Shown here piece by piece: positions 44,201-54,617 of a DNA stretch of 64,000 nucleotides. A model generated the notes under the pieces. It did not search any database, was not told the DNA's origin, and saw nothing but the letters and a program-made list of their open reading frames with translations. Position numbers and translations under genes: made by a program. The stretch's first letter is position 1, and every line of letters starts with the position of its first letter. Source of the stretch: a virus (lineage: Duplodnaviria; Caudoviricetes); IMG/VR virus record IMGVR_UViG_3300027255_000165; one strand, 5' to 3'.

Positions 44201-45672
44201 CTGTTACCAATTGAGTTGTGTTCAATAATCAGAGATGAACCGTTTCTCGTAACTCTAAGTGGATTATCTTGAATGTTATTGATCGCTTGTAGAATAGAAT
44301 GTGCAATCTGTTGAAGAGTACCCTGATTCGAGAACCTTTGACCCTGAACTCCACCTGCGGGTATTGAACCGTCTGCAGTAATTGTAAAGTAGTTCTCGTC
44401 TCCGATGGTGTTCCACTCTCCTTTGTTTGCGATGACCCATCTTTCACCATTCAGTGGAATGTCAATCACGTTCAACTTAATAAAGTCCTTTAAGGCGGGC
44501 ACTGCACCTTCAACTTGCAGGGTCTCTGGTTTCTGTATCTTACCGGTCACCTGGGTGTCATCTGACATTCCCGCTACCTTCAGTTCTAGTGATCCAGTAC
44601 TGGTGTTCAAAACATTATAGAACACTCCTCTGTTCTTGACCCACTGTAAGACAGGAAACCCTAAATCGTCATTAGGTAACATTGAAATTGGAGTCAATGA
44701 AGTACCGGTTAGATCATATTCGGTTTCAACAGTTGACGCTAGAACTTTTAAGATACCTTTACGAATTGAACCCGCTTGGAACTTACCTTCAGTATGTGCC
44801 TTAACGTAAAATCCAACATAACGATGTACGTCATAAGGTCTTGCACTTGCATCATCAAAGATGAACTCTAGGTTTAGAAGGTTTGCGCAAACCATTGTGT
44901 TGCGTTTGAAACCCTCGGTGATGTATTGATTATTTAATATTTCTTGACGATCGGTGACCGCAAAATCTTCAAAGATGTATTCTCCCTTAGATGTGAAACC
45001 GCCTTTAACTAGGTCAATACCATTCCAAGATGTTTTCTCATCTTTCTCAAACGATACCGTTAATGGAGAAGATGGAAACTTAGGGTCATTGATGTAGGTG
45101 TTAATGTAATCACCTAATTTTGAACCTTGTCTTAGGTCAAATGTTTTGATCAACTCAGCGTTGTTCAACATCTGCATCACTCGACTGTTGATACCGTCGT
45201 ACGTGTCAGTTAATCCAACCTGGGATACTGGTTCGTTAATTCTATAAATGACAAAGTATTCGGGTAGATCAGTGTCTAACCAAATCGGAGCAAAGAATCT
45301 GATGTTATCTTCATATAACTTTGAGTCATTTAGCCTACTACCATACTGGTATTGTTCCTCGTACTGTTTGTTATAATCCCTGAAAACGGACATATTTGAG
45401 TCCCTGTTCCAAACTTCATATACTTTATCAAGTGGAGTATTCTTGTAAAACTGCGCAAGGTCATACGCATAGTTACCTTTTGAATCCAACGGAAACTTTT
45501 TGTACCTCTGATTAGAGAGTACTCTGTTTGCGTCGATACTGTCAAGGTATAGTTCCCCGTCAGAATCTACAACCAACTTCACATTAGAAGTCAGGTGTGG
45601 ATTCGTTCTTAAAACGACCTGTGATTTGTTTTCGACTGAATTCGAATTTACGTCAAAGTTAATGCTAGCCAT
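41257..45672 (-). CDS. Large virion structural (baseplate/tail) protein
   Basis: 1471-aa ORF in the tail cluster with a GATATATA motif upstream; no catalytic motif recognised. Confidence 0.6.
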   Translation of the reverse strand: MASINFDVNSNSVENKSQVVLRTNPHLTSNVKLVVDSDGELYLDSIDANRVLSNQRYKKFPLDSKGNYAYDLAQFYKNTPLDKVYEVWNRDSNMSVFRDYNKQYEEQYQYGSRLNDSKLYEDNIRFFAPIWLDTDLPEYFVIYRINEPVSQVGLTDTYDGINSRVMQMLNNAELIKTFDLRQGSKLGDYINTYINDPKFPSSPLTVSFEKDEKTSWNGIDLVKGGFTSKGEYIFEDFAVTDRQEILNNQYITEGFKRNTMVCANLLNLEFIFDDASARPYDVHRYVGFYVKAHTEGKFQAGSIRKGILKVLASTVETEYDLTGTSLTPISMLPNDDLGFPVLQWVKNRGVFYNVLNTSTGSLELKVAGMSDDTQVTGKIQKPETLQVEGAVPALKDFIKLNVIDIPLNGERWVIANKGEWNTIGDENYFTITADGSIPAGGVQGQRFSNQGTLQQIAHSILQAINNIQDNPLRVTRNGSSLIIEHNSIGNRLYRSFFGSHSTNALDPFEIEVGEFDNVTKKLGLDNSVYTDWNVYYPIGGSNSGIGFLISETEVGDIDTNTYIRVKTGDFYKIIDIVKDPYYSNLYRVCLSASKTRPELLFDTSFNLYVDSYIDWGKFEMFDFVDFDFNFNSTDNNDPKELQYEDYDTQVNPVHFNDSLTYTATTYPTYFKQLEGINNAVTAFGSGVVNINSEYDRLKENYLTSTSTLSRVVPTINKWVYKDSVNSKDKPYFLSTSESFGKTNFSPDITVTGRVPQSMTHEWFYLYKYPQYTSVPQTQAGMGNVIRSFYSYLQPDETINLTASNLQDVNDNWFDRLFTYEGIQINSDWVPTVLSKKWSSVIKGTSISPAETMFRGLKIKFYSRKEFTETNPRNLLTNSDFNGYKFSAVLNYNGQQSEDSVSYKVIQNKKWKNVTFYVEINSSDELLTYVNHKMLYEVNHFINASPTTYVSSNVSGYLDWETAQTTGTNTTVYGEGTFFNREIQVGPSGGYGEIQFVYAGYTFNLQVVDVLGDNRIVVETSSTGTIFDITSSIELSLSSIVTSSSITYQYLQGGYNLATSTFEAAGINYISGLVNVNDTERIEYITVEEDGSILPNRFIINIEDGNDFVKKSKLRVEADPNKPKSYKVSSGLVGYINTELSTPVNVNLLRMGGDYSPLMRKVAWFTDIYKNHKLNQTLTTTSDERQKLVYDRFNRLGIAFGSYANLGSDYYGLIKDYYFHKINPDKADGILKLSQSGDGAPAYPLINEVAIDKRDFNVFRSSWEDGFYVNNDTQSSRQFVFGTLSAYEESSFLASTLNLPKDSYDLTSFNAIRRGNAFEELQNIKRLNNYNGDVVMWEDSSNVWIDLYLKNRVTEILTLDGAGRSLLKYVDVAQSYGDKSTLNDDIKEYIEVNLLKLMGIEQVRLWNNPSKTINQSELLSADSLQQILDTNIPEEKSFRVEYDPNHPLNVRLIYNKRPGFRHQFYVYVKISS

Positions 45673-45732
45673 TAAACTGTTAATATGTTATTAAGCGCTT
45701 GAGGTATATATCAACCACCTAATAACACCAGC

Positions 45733-48700
45733 TTAGGCCTTATACTTGGCGAATACCTCTAAGTCGATGTGGAACTCGTTAGATTGAGAATCAAAAATGT
45801 CAATACCAATTCTCTTAGAGTAACTAATGTTACTCAATGACGTAGAAGAAATACCACCAACATGTCCACTTGCTGAATCCGAAGTACCGGCATAGTCAGT
45901 CATTCTGTACTGGAAGATAATGTCAACCGATACTGAAGAATTACCTGAAATTTCTCTAACACCTTGGTTATTATCTGCATCAACAGATAGTGATGAAATC
46001 GATAGAGGAGACATGAATAAGTATGCACCGCATGATTTTCCACCCAATAGGTATTGATCATTAGGTTCAAACGACATTTTTACTGTTCTAGACAAAATAG
46101 AATCGTAATAAAACGCAGTCTGTTGATTGCCATTTAATTCATTGGCTCTCTTAGTTGAGGTCTTAGACTGGACAAATCTACCGTTTCCGTATACTGCGTT
46201 CGTACCTGTCCATGAAGAACCTGCCAATTCAGGGTGATTGATGTGGAGGAATAAACCGCTGTCATAGTTAGATGACAGGCCAGCTCCTACAATGTCAATG
46301 CTTGATGGAACTCCAGCAAGATCGTATGTACCGTCAAATACATAACCGGATCCTGAAAGACCGTTATCGGTCTTAAGTTGATTTACGTTAGTTAGCTCGT
46401 ACTCATAATCTATTTGCGAAGAATTATAAGTTGATGTCCATGTTGGATCGATGTCATCGGTTGCATATAGGATTGCGTCAGCCGAAACATTCTTGTATCT
46501 AGAATAAACGTATTGCCCTCTTAGTTGTGCAGATTGATATGGTGAATCATTAAAGTATGATAAGTTAGTGTCAACGCCACTCATGTTTTGGTACTGAGTA
46601 GGTACCAAATCGTATTTGCCATTGTTAGTGTAAAAACTATCACTAGCAATTTCAGTAGCTGGCGTAGTACCAGGACTAACACCGAAACCATTATACGTTA
46701 AAGGATCTGTACCCGAGTTAAATGTTGGAAGGGCTCTGTTACCTATTAATCTTGAAATAAGTTCAAGTTTTGTAGCTTTACTATTTTCAAGAATTAACTT
46801 GAACGTCTTAGTAACAATGTGACCTTTTTTAATTTGAAGATCTTTAATTTCATCGGTGTAATATCCTGCAAATACCTGAGTAACTGCATTGTTTTGAATA
46901 ACCTGTGAAGCTCCATCCTCGAATTCAAGTCTAATAGATAGTTCGCCTTTAACTCCTTCAATTTGTGCTTTTAAAGAATCAATTTCCTGTTGCATTGCAA
47001 TCAACTTATCCATTAATGAAATTGGAGATTGTTCTGGGCTTAGGAAGCCTGACGCAATTGAAGAAGCTTCATGTGAATAGTATTTTTCATTGACCTGGAA
47101 AGAGTCTGCGATGTGAGTGTAGAATCCTTTAGATTCCAACTCATCCATCATTCTAACTAATGCAATCTCTTGAGTACTAGTATCGACAATAGTAGTTACA
47201 GCTTGAGATGCTTGTGTTCCAGTTGGAAATTCAATTCTAGTTACGTCTGACCAATCAGACTCTACAGGATTTGCAGGCCATCCAGCCTCAGAAACAGACT
47301 TAATTCTAACTTCAACAACTTCACCCTCTTGAATAGCAATATCAAGCTGATTGATGTTAATTGCTTGACCGTCTTCAACGTTCTCAAGATCCCAATAGTA
47401 TTTACCAGTTGTTTCGTCCTTGACTCTTTTTCTAACAGGCGTTAGAATTTCGTTCCAGTTTGAAAACACAGCGGTCTTATTCTTATCCCTGTCTGAGAAT
47501 TCAATCTGAGAAACCGCAGATGGGTTTCCATCAGTTGAAAGGTATCTGTACTGTACTTTAAATTGTACAATCTCTTGTGGCATTGTTTCAGCCGCAAGTT
47601 TAGCAGTAGGAATAGACCAGAAACCTCTAACTCTGTATTTAGGAGTAATGGACTTAACTGAAGAAGAATTAGAAGTAGCAACAATTTCATTAACCAAAGA
47701 AGTATACAATTTAGATTCTGCAGATCTTTGGTTTAGGGCTGTAGCTAGTTCATTCTTTTCTCTATCTTTAGCAACGAGAGTTGGATACTTAGAAGTGGAA
47801 AGTTTTGATCTTCTTGAAGAAATATCATCATCAAGTCTTTTAATGTTTTCTTCAGCAGCAACCTTGTTGGAATTCAATTTTTTAATCTTATTGAATGCAT
47901 CGTTCTCAGTTAGATGTGTATTAATCTGAACGACTTTGAAGTTATTAGCTTCTAGAGTTGGTGCATCAGGTGTAACACCGAGTGTTGCTGGAGGAATAGA
48001 ATCGTCCTTAAGAGCTTTGATCATTTGACCAAAGTCAGCAACTTCTTTCTTATAATATTGTGAAAGAGTTTGAACCTGACCATTTGGTAAAGTGATTAGC
48101 AAATCGTTAGTATAGAACGCAGCACCTGGTGACCATGTCTCAGCTTCTAAATTTGAATCTGGATCAACAGGCTTAATGAATACTATAACTCTTTCATCAA
48201 AACCAACGTTAATGTCAATAGCATTATACGCTTCTTTGTTCTTGTAAATCTTTAACTGAGCAGCTCCAACCAAAATAGGCTCGTAACCTTCAATTAATAG
48301 AAGTTCTGCTTCAAGAGTATCAGAGCTTAGAGCAACTACTCTATACTTTGTCGAGGCGCTGCCTGAGTTAACTAATAACTCATCTCCAACCTTAAGAAGT
48401 TCAGTATCGTTTAGATTCTTATTAGAATCAGAATATGTAAACTTGTTAAGAGAGTAAAGCTTAACGCTCTTAGTAATAGATACACCGTCAACTACTACGT
48501 TTCTTTGAATAGTACGAACTTTAGATACGTCAAATGCACCAAAGTATTGTGTTGATCTAACTGGAGCATCAATAACCTCTTCGTCAACGTTGTAAGCAAC
48601 GTTATTTGTTTCAAGTAGAGAAACAAGGCTGTTAATTTCTAGGGCGTCTGAACCTTTAACGGTCTGATCAAACCACTCCGCTGAAGCAGGGGCTTGAGAG

Positions 48701-49167
48701 TCGATCAAATATCTTTTAATTTTGATCTTTTCGGTATCCGCTGGAACCTGACCCGCTACGTCTAACTTAATAGTAAGAAGTGGATTTAAGAAAGATTCAA
48801 AGAAATAGTTTGACTTGGTAGAAAATTCAGTAGGAACCGCAACGGTTGAAACTGCTTTTGCAGGTGTCTTAAGCTTAGACTTTTGAATCTGTCTAAACGT
48901 ACCGTCTTTCATTCTAACGGCAGCATCTCCTTGACCCAACCCTGAAAGTGATTTCATGTTAGTATCAAGTCTTTCAATTTCACGCTTTAGATAACCAAAT
49001 GCAGGAACTTGAACCGTCTTAAGAGCTCCATTCTCATCGAATAAATCGATAGTAACCGTCTGCTTATCGGTTGTGATCGCTTCGGAAATCTTCTCATAAG
49101 TTTCCAAAGAGTTCTGGTTCATTTCCAGAAACTGTCTAATGATTTGCGAAATGCTGTTATTTGCCAT
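45733..49167 (-). CDS. Large virion structural (baseplate/tail) protein with coiled coils
   Basis: 1144 aa with two coiled-coil segments and beta-rich regions. Confidence 0.6.
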   Translation of the reverse strand: MANNSISQIIRQFLEMNQNSLETYEKISEAITTDKQTVTIDLFDENGALKTVQVPAFGYLKREIERLDTNMKSLSGLGQGDAAVRMKDGTFRQIQKSKLKTPAKAVSTVAVPTEFSTKSNYFFESFLNPLLTIKLDVAGQVPADTEKIKIKRYLIDSQAPASAEWFDQTVKGSDALEINSLVSLLETNNVAYNVDEEVIDAPVRSTQYFGAFDVSKVRTIQRNVVVDGVSITKSVKLYSLNKFTYSDSNKNLNDTELLKVGDELLVNSGSASTKYRVVALSSDTLEAELLLIEGYEPILVGAAQLKIYKNKEAYNAIDINVGFDERVIVFIKPVDPDSNLEAETWSPGAAFYTNDLLITLPNGQVQTLSQYYKKEVADFGQMIKALKDDSIPPATLGVTPDAPTLEANNFKVVQINTHLTENDAFNKIKKLNSNKVAAEENIKRLDDDISSRRSKLSTSKYPTLVAKDREKNELATALNQRSAESKLYTSLVNEIVATSNSSSVKSITPKYRVRGFWSIPTAKLAAETMPQEIVQFKVQYRYLSTDGNPSAVSQIEFSDRDKNKTAVFSNWNEILTPVRKRVKDETTGKYYWDLENVEDGQAININQLDIAIQEGEVVEVRIKSVSEAGWPANPVESDWSDVTRIEFPTGTQASQAVTTIVDTSTQEIALVRMMDELESKGFYTHIADSFQVNEKYYSHEASSIASGFLSPEQSPISLMDKLIAMQQEIDSLKAQIEGVKGELSIRLEFEDGASQVIQNNAVTQVFAGYYTDEIKDLQIKKGHIVTKTFKLILENSKATKLELISRLIGNRALPTFNSGTDPLTYNGFGVSPGTTPATEIASDSFYTNNGKYDLVPTQYQNMSGVDTNLSYFNDSPYQSAQLRGQYVYSRYKNVSADAILYATDDIDPTWTSTYNSSQIDYEYELTNVNQLKTDNGLSGSGYVFDGTYDLAGVPSSIDIVGAGLSSNYDSGLFLHINHPELAGSSWTGTNAVYGNGRFVQSKTSTKRANELNGNQQTAFYYDSILSRTVKMSFEPNDQYLLGGKSCGAYLFMSPLSISSLSVDADNNQGVREISGNSSVSVDIIFQYRMTDYAGTSDSASGHVGGISSTSLSNISYSKRIGIDIFDSQSNEFHIDLEVFAKYKA

Positions 49168-49168
49168 C

Positions 49169-51055
49169 TTATCTTAGGACGTCTGTTACAAACGTTAGGT
49201 TTACTTTATCAGTGCACACCAGTTCAATGTAAGGTTTCTTGCTGATTAAACTGCCATAGGCAACTTGAGCAACTTGTTCCCAATTACCTGAGATCTTGGT
49301 GTAGAAGTTTATGTTATTACCATCCATTTCAATGTTAGAATTGAAAGCAAGCTTTACAACTTGTCCATCGTTCCAACCTGAAAGAGTTGTATCAATGTAT
49401 ATATTGACATCATTATCGGCAGCTCCAGAGGAAGTTGTCACTCTTAGCATATTTGAGAATGGTTTTAGTCTGCAATATAAACCGTATGTCGTCGCATCAG
49501 ATGGATCGTATGTAGATATTTTAGTTCCCATTACGCTAGCTAAATTGCTCCATTGAAAAGCCTGAAGAAGTTGGTAACCATTGTTAGAGTTAATAACTTT
49601 AATCTTATTAGGGGTCGACTTATCGATGGCCATTCCGTTACCGGCTGCAATTACGTCAGTGTTATACTGAACCTCGGTCGGAATAGTACCGTCTACAATG
49701 TGATTAATTCTTCTATTGATTTCAGTAATCATGTTCAATAGAGATGCTTCATCTGCATAATTCAAAGATGCATTTTCAACCTGTTGTTGAAGTGAAGCAA
49801 TTTGAGCTGACATTTCTTGAGCATCTTCAGAAGAAAGAACCATGTTTTCCATGGTATCCAATCTTCTAACAATACCCGCATATCTGTCATTAGCCTGAAG
49901 AAGTAACTTAGTTGCATTCTCTAGGACAGATGTGGTGTCAAAGAATAGGTCCATTGAGAACGTTGTAAAGTCGTTGATTGAGTTCTCAACGCCAACGTTA
50001 TCAAGTGATGTGTTGTATTTGATGTTAAGCTTTAGAGAATAAGCATTACCATTCAAACCGGTAACGGAATTTGGCTTATACTTATTTAGTTCTCTGATCT
50101 TACCATCTTTAAAGTTATCGAGCAAAAGAATACCATAGAGATTTGTTGCTCTATTGGCAGGATTTGATTGCGAATACAGATCGTAATAAACTAGAACGGC
50201 GTTGAATTGGAAGTTACCACCTCTTTGAGAGAAATCATGAAGTGTATTAATTGAAGAGTTAACATTTACTGCATAGTAATTTTGCTCTTCCCAATCAATT
50301 CCAACAGCCGGCAATGTGTTAGTATTAACGTCGTATTCTGTTGATGCATCGTGCAAAGCGTTGATGCTAAACGCTGTCTCAGGGTGAGACGTTCTACCAT
50401 TAATCAGACCGTTGCTGTGAGGATACACTGTAAGACTTGTGGTGTTATATGTTCCATCTTTCAATAGAACTGTTGGTGTGTAACCAACAGATGTAGGAAC
50501 GTTAATAAACACCTCTTGGTAAGTGTTAGCCGCGTAATTCTTATCGTTAATTACGTCTACAGTACCAAGATATTTAATGATTCTAGTGTAATCTGTACCT
50601 GTTCCGGAAGCAGTGTCTTCTTCAATGTATCTTGCGATAGTTGAGATTGCTTCTGACGCAGTAGCAGTTCTAATTCTAATTGCACCAACGGCAGAAAGAA
50701 ACTTAAAGAAAATCTTTTCTGCGTCTGATTGATAGATTGTTGGATCAAAATCATCATCGTTTCTGATGATTTCTTCTAGGTTCAACGCGTAGTTTTGAAA
50801 AGCTTCAGACCAGCTTTGATTGTCATTTGCCGATGGTGTCCATGATCCAGCACCTTCATACAGATTAGTGTAATCGATGGTGTTTAGGCCATTAACTGGA
50901 GCTGTTACATCTGGAAGATCTAACAATGCATAGTGTGAGAATTCAAATTTTAAATCAGGATCACCCTGTGCTCTGGTTAAATCCCTAGCCGCAGAAGCAA
51001 ATGCAAACATTGTTCCGCCTTGTTCTTGAACCGTTCTTACTAATGGTGTTGCCAT
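49169..51055 (-). CDS. Virion structural (baseplate) protein
   Basis: 628 aa with a coiled coil near the C-terminus, in the tail cluster. Confidence 0.55.
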   Translation of the reverse strand: MATPLVRTVQEQGGTMFAFASAARDLTRAQGDPDLKFEFSHYALLDLPDVTAPVNGLNTIDYTNLYEGAGSWTPSANDNQSWSEAFQNYALNLEEIIRNDDDFDPTIYQSDAEKIFFKFLSAVGAIRIRTATASEAISTIARYIEEDTASGTGTDYTRIIKYLGTVDVINDKNYAANTYQEVFINVPTSVGYTPTVLLKDGTYNTTSLTVYPHSNGLINGRTSHPETAFSINALHDASTEYDVNTNTLPAVGIDWEEQNYYAVNVNSSINTLHDFSQRGGNFQFNAVLVYYDLYSQSNPANRATNLYGILLLDNFKDGKIRELNKYKPNSVTGLNGNAYSLKLNIKYNTSLDNVGVENSINDFTTFSMDLFFDTTSVLENATKLLLQANDRYAGIVRRLDTMENMVLSSEDAQEMSAQIASLQQQVENASLNYADEASLLNMITEINRRINHIVDGTIPTEVQYNTDVIAAGNGMAIDKSTPNKIKVINSNNGYQLLQAFQWSNLASVMGTKISTYDPSDATTYGLYCRLKPFSNMLRVTTSSGAADNDVNIYIDTTLSGWNDGQVVKLAFNSNIEMDGNNINFYTKISGNWEQVAQVAYGSLISKKPYIELVCTDKVNLTFVTDVLR

Positions 51056-51075
51056 CTATCCTGATCTATTGATTA

Positions 51076-51630
51076 TTAAATTGTAATTGTTGCGTTGAAT
51101 GAAGATACAATGTACCACATTGTACCAACAAATCTTAGGGTTAGAGTACCGAACTCTGCAATTTCAACTGCAGCGGTTGGACCCGCGATGTTAGTGTTAT
51201 CAATGTAAACTGTTCCACCGTCAGCCACTAACGTAATTTCTTGACCATTGTCTCCAATGTTTAGAGTTACGGGGTTTGCAGCTGTTGTAGAATCAATTAC
51301 ATAAATAGTACCAACAAATGAGTTAGCAGCAGGAAGCGCTGAAGCAGCTGTAACATCGTAAGAAACTGCGCCATTGAAAGAGATTGCTCCATCAACGTCA
51401 GTATCAGATGTTAGAGTGTTGCCTGTTGTGGCGAACTCAGCCGCATTGCCTGCATCAACTAATAGAGTTTCGACTCCAGCGTCAATAACGCCAGTCAAGT
51501 TACCAGTTGAAGGGTCAAGCAACGTAGTTACCTGTGCCAATTCATCATTAATTGCAGTGAAATTGTCGTTCAAAGTTACTCTTGACGCTGAAAGGCTGTC
51601 TGTACCTTGAATTGTTGTGATGATTGCCAT
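51076..51630 (-). CDS. Small baseplate/fiber-associated protein
   Basis: N-terminal DSL...RVTLNDNF helix similar to the 438-aa fiber N-terminus (D....DKINYNF). Confidence 0.55.
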   Translation of the reverse strand: MAIITTIQGTDSLSASRVTLNDNFTAINDELAQVTTLLDPSTGNLTGVIDAGVETLLVDAGNAAEFATTGNTLTSDTDVDGAISFNGAVSYDVTAASALPAANSFVGTIYVIDSTTAANPVTLNIGDNGQEITLVADGGTVYIDNTNIAGPTAAVEIAEFGTLTLRFVGTMWYIVSSFNATITI

Positions 51631-51645
51631 TTTGCTCGTTTATAT

Positions 51646-54345
51646 TTATTTAATTGTTAAAGCGTTTTTCACTAAAGTATTAGTGTTTCCATTAACATCA
51701 GTAACTTCGAGTTCAAGGGTGTAATCACCTTTGTCCTCGAAGAGATATGTTAACCACTTATTACTGTAGTATATATCAGACATCGATGTACTGTTATTTC
51801 GTATCGTCCATCTGTATTTATTCTTTCCAGGCATCATTGATTTGTCTGCACTGAAAGTCATGTGAGTTAGTAGTTCAATTTCAGCATATGCTTCTGCAAT
51901 CTGAATATCATTGAATGTTGGATTATATGGCGTGTAATTAACTTTACCAGTAATTGTTACTGAACCAACCGAAGCTACCGCTTCATACACATCTTCAAAA
52001 TCGTATCTATTAGAATAATCCTTGCCGACCGCTAAAATGTATTTACAATAATCAATACCATTGGAAATTATTCCATCACCATCAACGTCTTTAAATACAG
52101 GATTATATGTAAATTTAGATAGAATTGGATCAGTCGATGCGTTCAAATCATTTGCAGCTGATTGCCATGCTGGAATATCGGTAGGATCAGTCAAATCAAC
52201 TGTAAATACATAAGTGCTATATTCGTACTGGTATGTCTGATAGTTAAAGTGTTCAATAGTAAATGAAGAACCTGGATCAGCATTTTCAATTTTGAATGAC
52301 GCAGTTAGGTCAGAACCGACTCTAGTTGCATCCCACCATGTGTGTTTACCGTCATTCCATTCATGTTTTCTAAGGTTTCTCCAGAAGTATGGACCTGGGG
52401 TTTCACCAAACCCGGTGGTTGATGAAGTGTCAACGTATCTTCTAACAGTTGAGAAGTTAACGCCTTGACTGTCATCGTTAACATAGTTCGCTCTATCTAA
52501 AGTCAAGTACAGTGTACCAATTTCTTGGTCAACAGTGTCGTTGTTTTGTTGTGGGAAACCCCATGAACCTCCTGCAACACCCCACTTAAAGTTTGAAGAT
52601 TGCCAATCATAGTACTCTCTGTCCATCCACCTGTACATGCCGTAAATCTCAAGTGACTTCATCTTAGCATGAATAGAGTTAGGATATGTCTCATTAGATA
52701 CATGGTTGAATAGATTAGTGTGTTCAATCTTAACATCATAAGATCCTTCATAAGGTAGAGCAATCGCTACCTTTAACATATCTGCAGTTTCACCTGTTAA
52801 AACCTGTGACCAACCCTTAGGACCTGTAATTGTCCAAGTCGTTTCATACACATCTCTCTTCCACCAGTTGTTCCAAGTCAGGTAAGTTACTGCGTCAGCA
52901 TCAATCCAAGTGAACTCAGCGTCTTCCCATGTATCAGGGAAGGACTTACACTCCAACTGAACCGGAGCTCCCACTGGAATATCTTCAAAAGATTCTTGGA
53001 ACGTTGATCTATTTAATTCGTAGTAATTGGTATAGAAGTCTTCAGTATCAGAATATAGGGCTGACATATCAACATCTGACAGTGATGAAAAGTCTTGTGT
53101 TTTACCAGTGTAAAGATCTGAAACCAATCTCAAATCCTCAATAAAAGGTTCTGTCTGGTGAATCTCAATCTTTGGGTCAACACCCGCTACGATAGTATCG
53201 ATTGGATTCTGATTGTTCCAAATGTTGGTATTATATGAATAGAAGAAGTCCGCTTCACCAATGATGTCAATGATCTTGGCATTCAGTGGAAGGTACTCTC
53301 TTTGTAGTTTGTTCTTAAGACCGTATAACTTGATTAGAACTTCGTCAGCGGTGAAGTCAAAAACTTCATCAACCTGTGGAGTGTCCCACTGATCAAAGTT
53401 ACCGTTAGGTGTGTTCAACTTATAGTACAGTCCAAAACGTGAAGTCTTTTTGTATGAAGATGAAGGTAGTTGAATACCCTTTAGTTTGTTAGATACGTAA
53501 GAACCTTTTGACGAAGATGGAATTTCAAACGCCTTTAGTTTACCAAACATTGGTGATCTATCGTCAACCACCAACCAATACTCCTTTAGTGTTAGATTGT
53601 TATATCCAAAGAATTTAATAGCGTTAATCAGCGCCTTATATGTACCAATGAACGGTTTAATGTTTGATAGTTCAAGTAGAAGTTCCTTTCTCTTACGGTT
53701 TAAGAGTTTCCAGTCAGTACCGACCTCGTTAATGTCATGATCTTTGAATAGGAATTGATCCGCAGTTGAAAGTGTTGCGCCAAAGTTTGAAAGTAGAACA
53801 CCCAGTCTTTCGTCCTCTCCAACTGTTTCACCGTAAAAGTGGATGATAGCGACCACGTGGTCGTCAATAGTGTCAATCAAATATAGGTCTCTACGATGTG
53901 AATCATCGCGTTCTGAGTTCAGAGCGACGTTAACCTGTAAAGCGTCTTTAGCGTATGAAGTTCCAAGGGTGTGAATACCTGATGAAGTTGAAACCGCAAC
54001 TGAGTTTGGTTGAGGATCTAAGATCTGAGAAGTTAGAGTTTCAACGTAAGGATCACCATCAACCAACTTAACACCAACCAAATTAATGTCCTTTGAAGAC
54101 TGATACCAATCTCTCCACTCCAACTTAAATTGAGAACCAATGTTAGACCCGACTGGTTTAACCAATACAGAAGCGCCAAGGGAGTTGTACGCCTCTTCTA
54201 GGATGAACAGGGACACTGACTCATATAATCCAGTAGATACCTCATCCATGTGAATGTATCCCTCAAACACTTCTGATGTGCTGTCGTATTCCAACTGCAC
54301 TTCATAGTTTGTACCATTAAAGAATCTTAGTCCTGAGTATCTCAT
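51646..54345 (-). CDS. Baseplate wedge-like protein with C-terminal PKD/Ig-like domains
   Basis: 899 aa. IKPFIGTYKALINAIKFFG; Ig-like segments EGSYDVKIE and KGDYTLELEVTDVNG. Confidence 0.6.
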   Translation of the reverse strand: MRYSGLRFFNGTNYEVQLEYDSTSEVFEGYIHMDEVSTGLYESVSLFILEEAYNSLGASVLVKPVGSNIGSQFKLEWRDWYQSSKDINLVGVKLVDGDPYVETLTSQILDPQPNSVAVSTSSGIHTLGTSYAKDALQVNVALNSERDDSHRRDLYLIDTIDDHVVAIIHFYGETVGEDERLGVLLSNFGATLSTADQFLFKDHDINEVGTDWKLLNRKRKELLLELSNIKPFIGTYKALINAIKFFGYNNLTLKEYWLVVDDRSPMFGKLKAFEIPSSSKGSYVSNKLKGIQLPSSSYKKTSRFGLYYKLNTPNGNFDQWDTPQVDEVFDFTADEVLIKLYGLKNKLQREYLPLNAKIIDIIGEADFFYSYNTNIWNNQNPIDTIVAGVDPKIEIHQTEPFIEDLRLVSDLYTGKTQDFSSLSDVDMSALYSDTEDFYTNYYELNRSTFQESFEDIPVGAPVQLECKSFPDTWEDAEFTWIDADAVTYLTWNNWWKRDVYETTWTITGPKGWSQVLTGETADMLKVAIALPYEGSYDVKIEHTNLFNHVSNETYPNSIHAKMKSLEIYGMYRWMDREYYDWQSSNFKWGVAGGSWGFPQQNNDTVDQEIGTLYLTLDRANYVNDDSQGVNFSTVRRYVDTSSTTGFGETPGPYFWRNLRKHEWNDGKHTWWDATRVGSDLTASFKIENADPGSSFTIEHFNYQTYQYEYSTYVFTVDLTDPTDIPAWQSAANDLNASTDPILSKFTYNPVFKDVDGDGIISNGIDYCKYILAVGKDYSNRYDFEDVYEAVASVGSVTITGKVNYTPYNPTFNDIQIAEAYAEIELLTHMTFSADKSMMPGKNKYRWTIRNNSTSMSDIYYSNKWLTYLFEDKGDYTLELEVTDVNGNTNTLVKNALTIK

Positions 54346-54617
54346 TACTTAACTTTCAAATAATCTTTTGGCATTGCAAATGCCTTAAACAGTTTTAGTT
54401 GTGTTACCGCTCTTGTTGAAGTAACAAACATGTCTTGAATGAACTCAATGAAATCTTTCATTGTTTCCTTTCTTTGAATGTGAGGTGATAGACCCTTGGT
54501 CATAAGGTCGTATGAATAGTCCCTACCTTCATTCAGTTTATAATCGTTGGCACTCTTGGTTATGTTATACTTTTTACCAAGCTTGTACTTATAAAGGTCT
54601 TTGTATAGATCGCTCAT
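54345..54617 (-). CDS. Small baseplate-cluster protein
   Basis: 90-aa ORF coupled to both neighbours. Confidence 0.55.
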   Translation of the reverse strand: MSDLYKDLYKYKLGKKYNITKSANDYKLNEGRDYSYDLMTKGLSPHIQRKETMKDFIEFIQDMFVTSTRAVTQLKLFKAFAMPKDYLKVK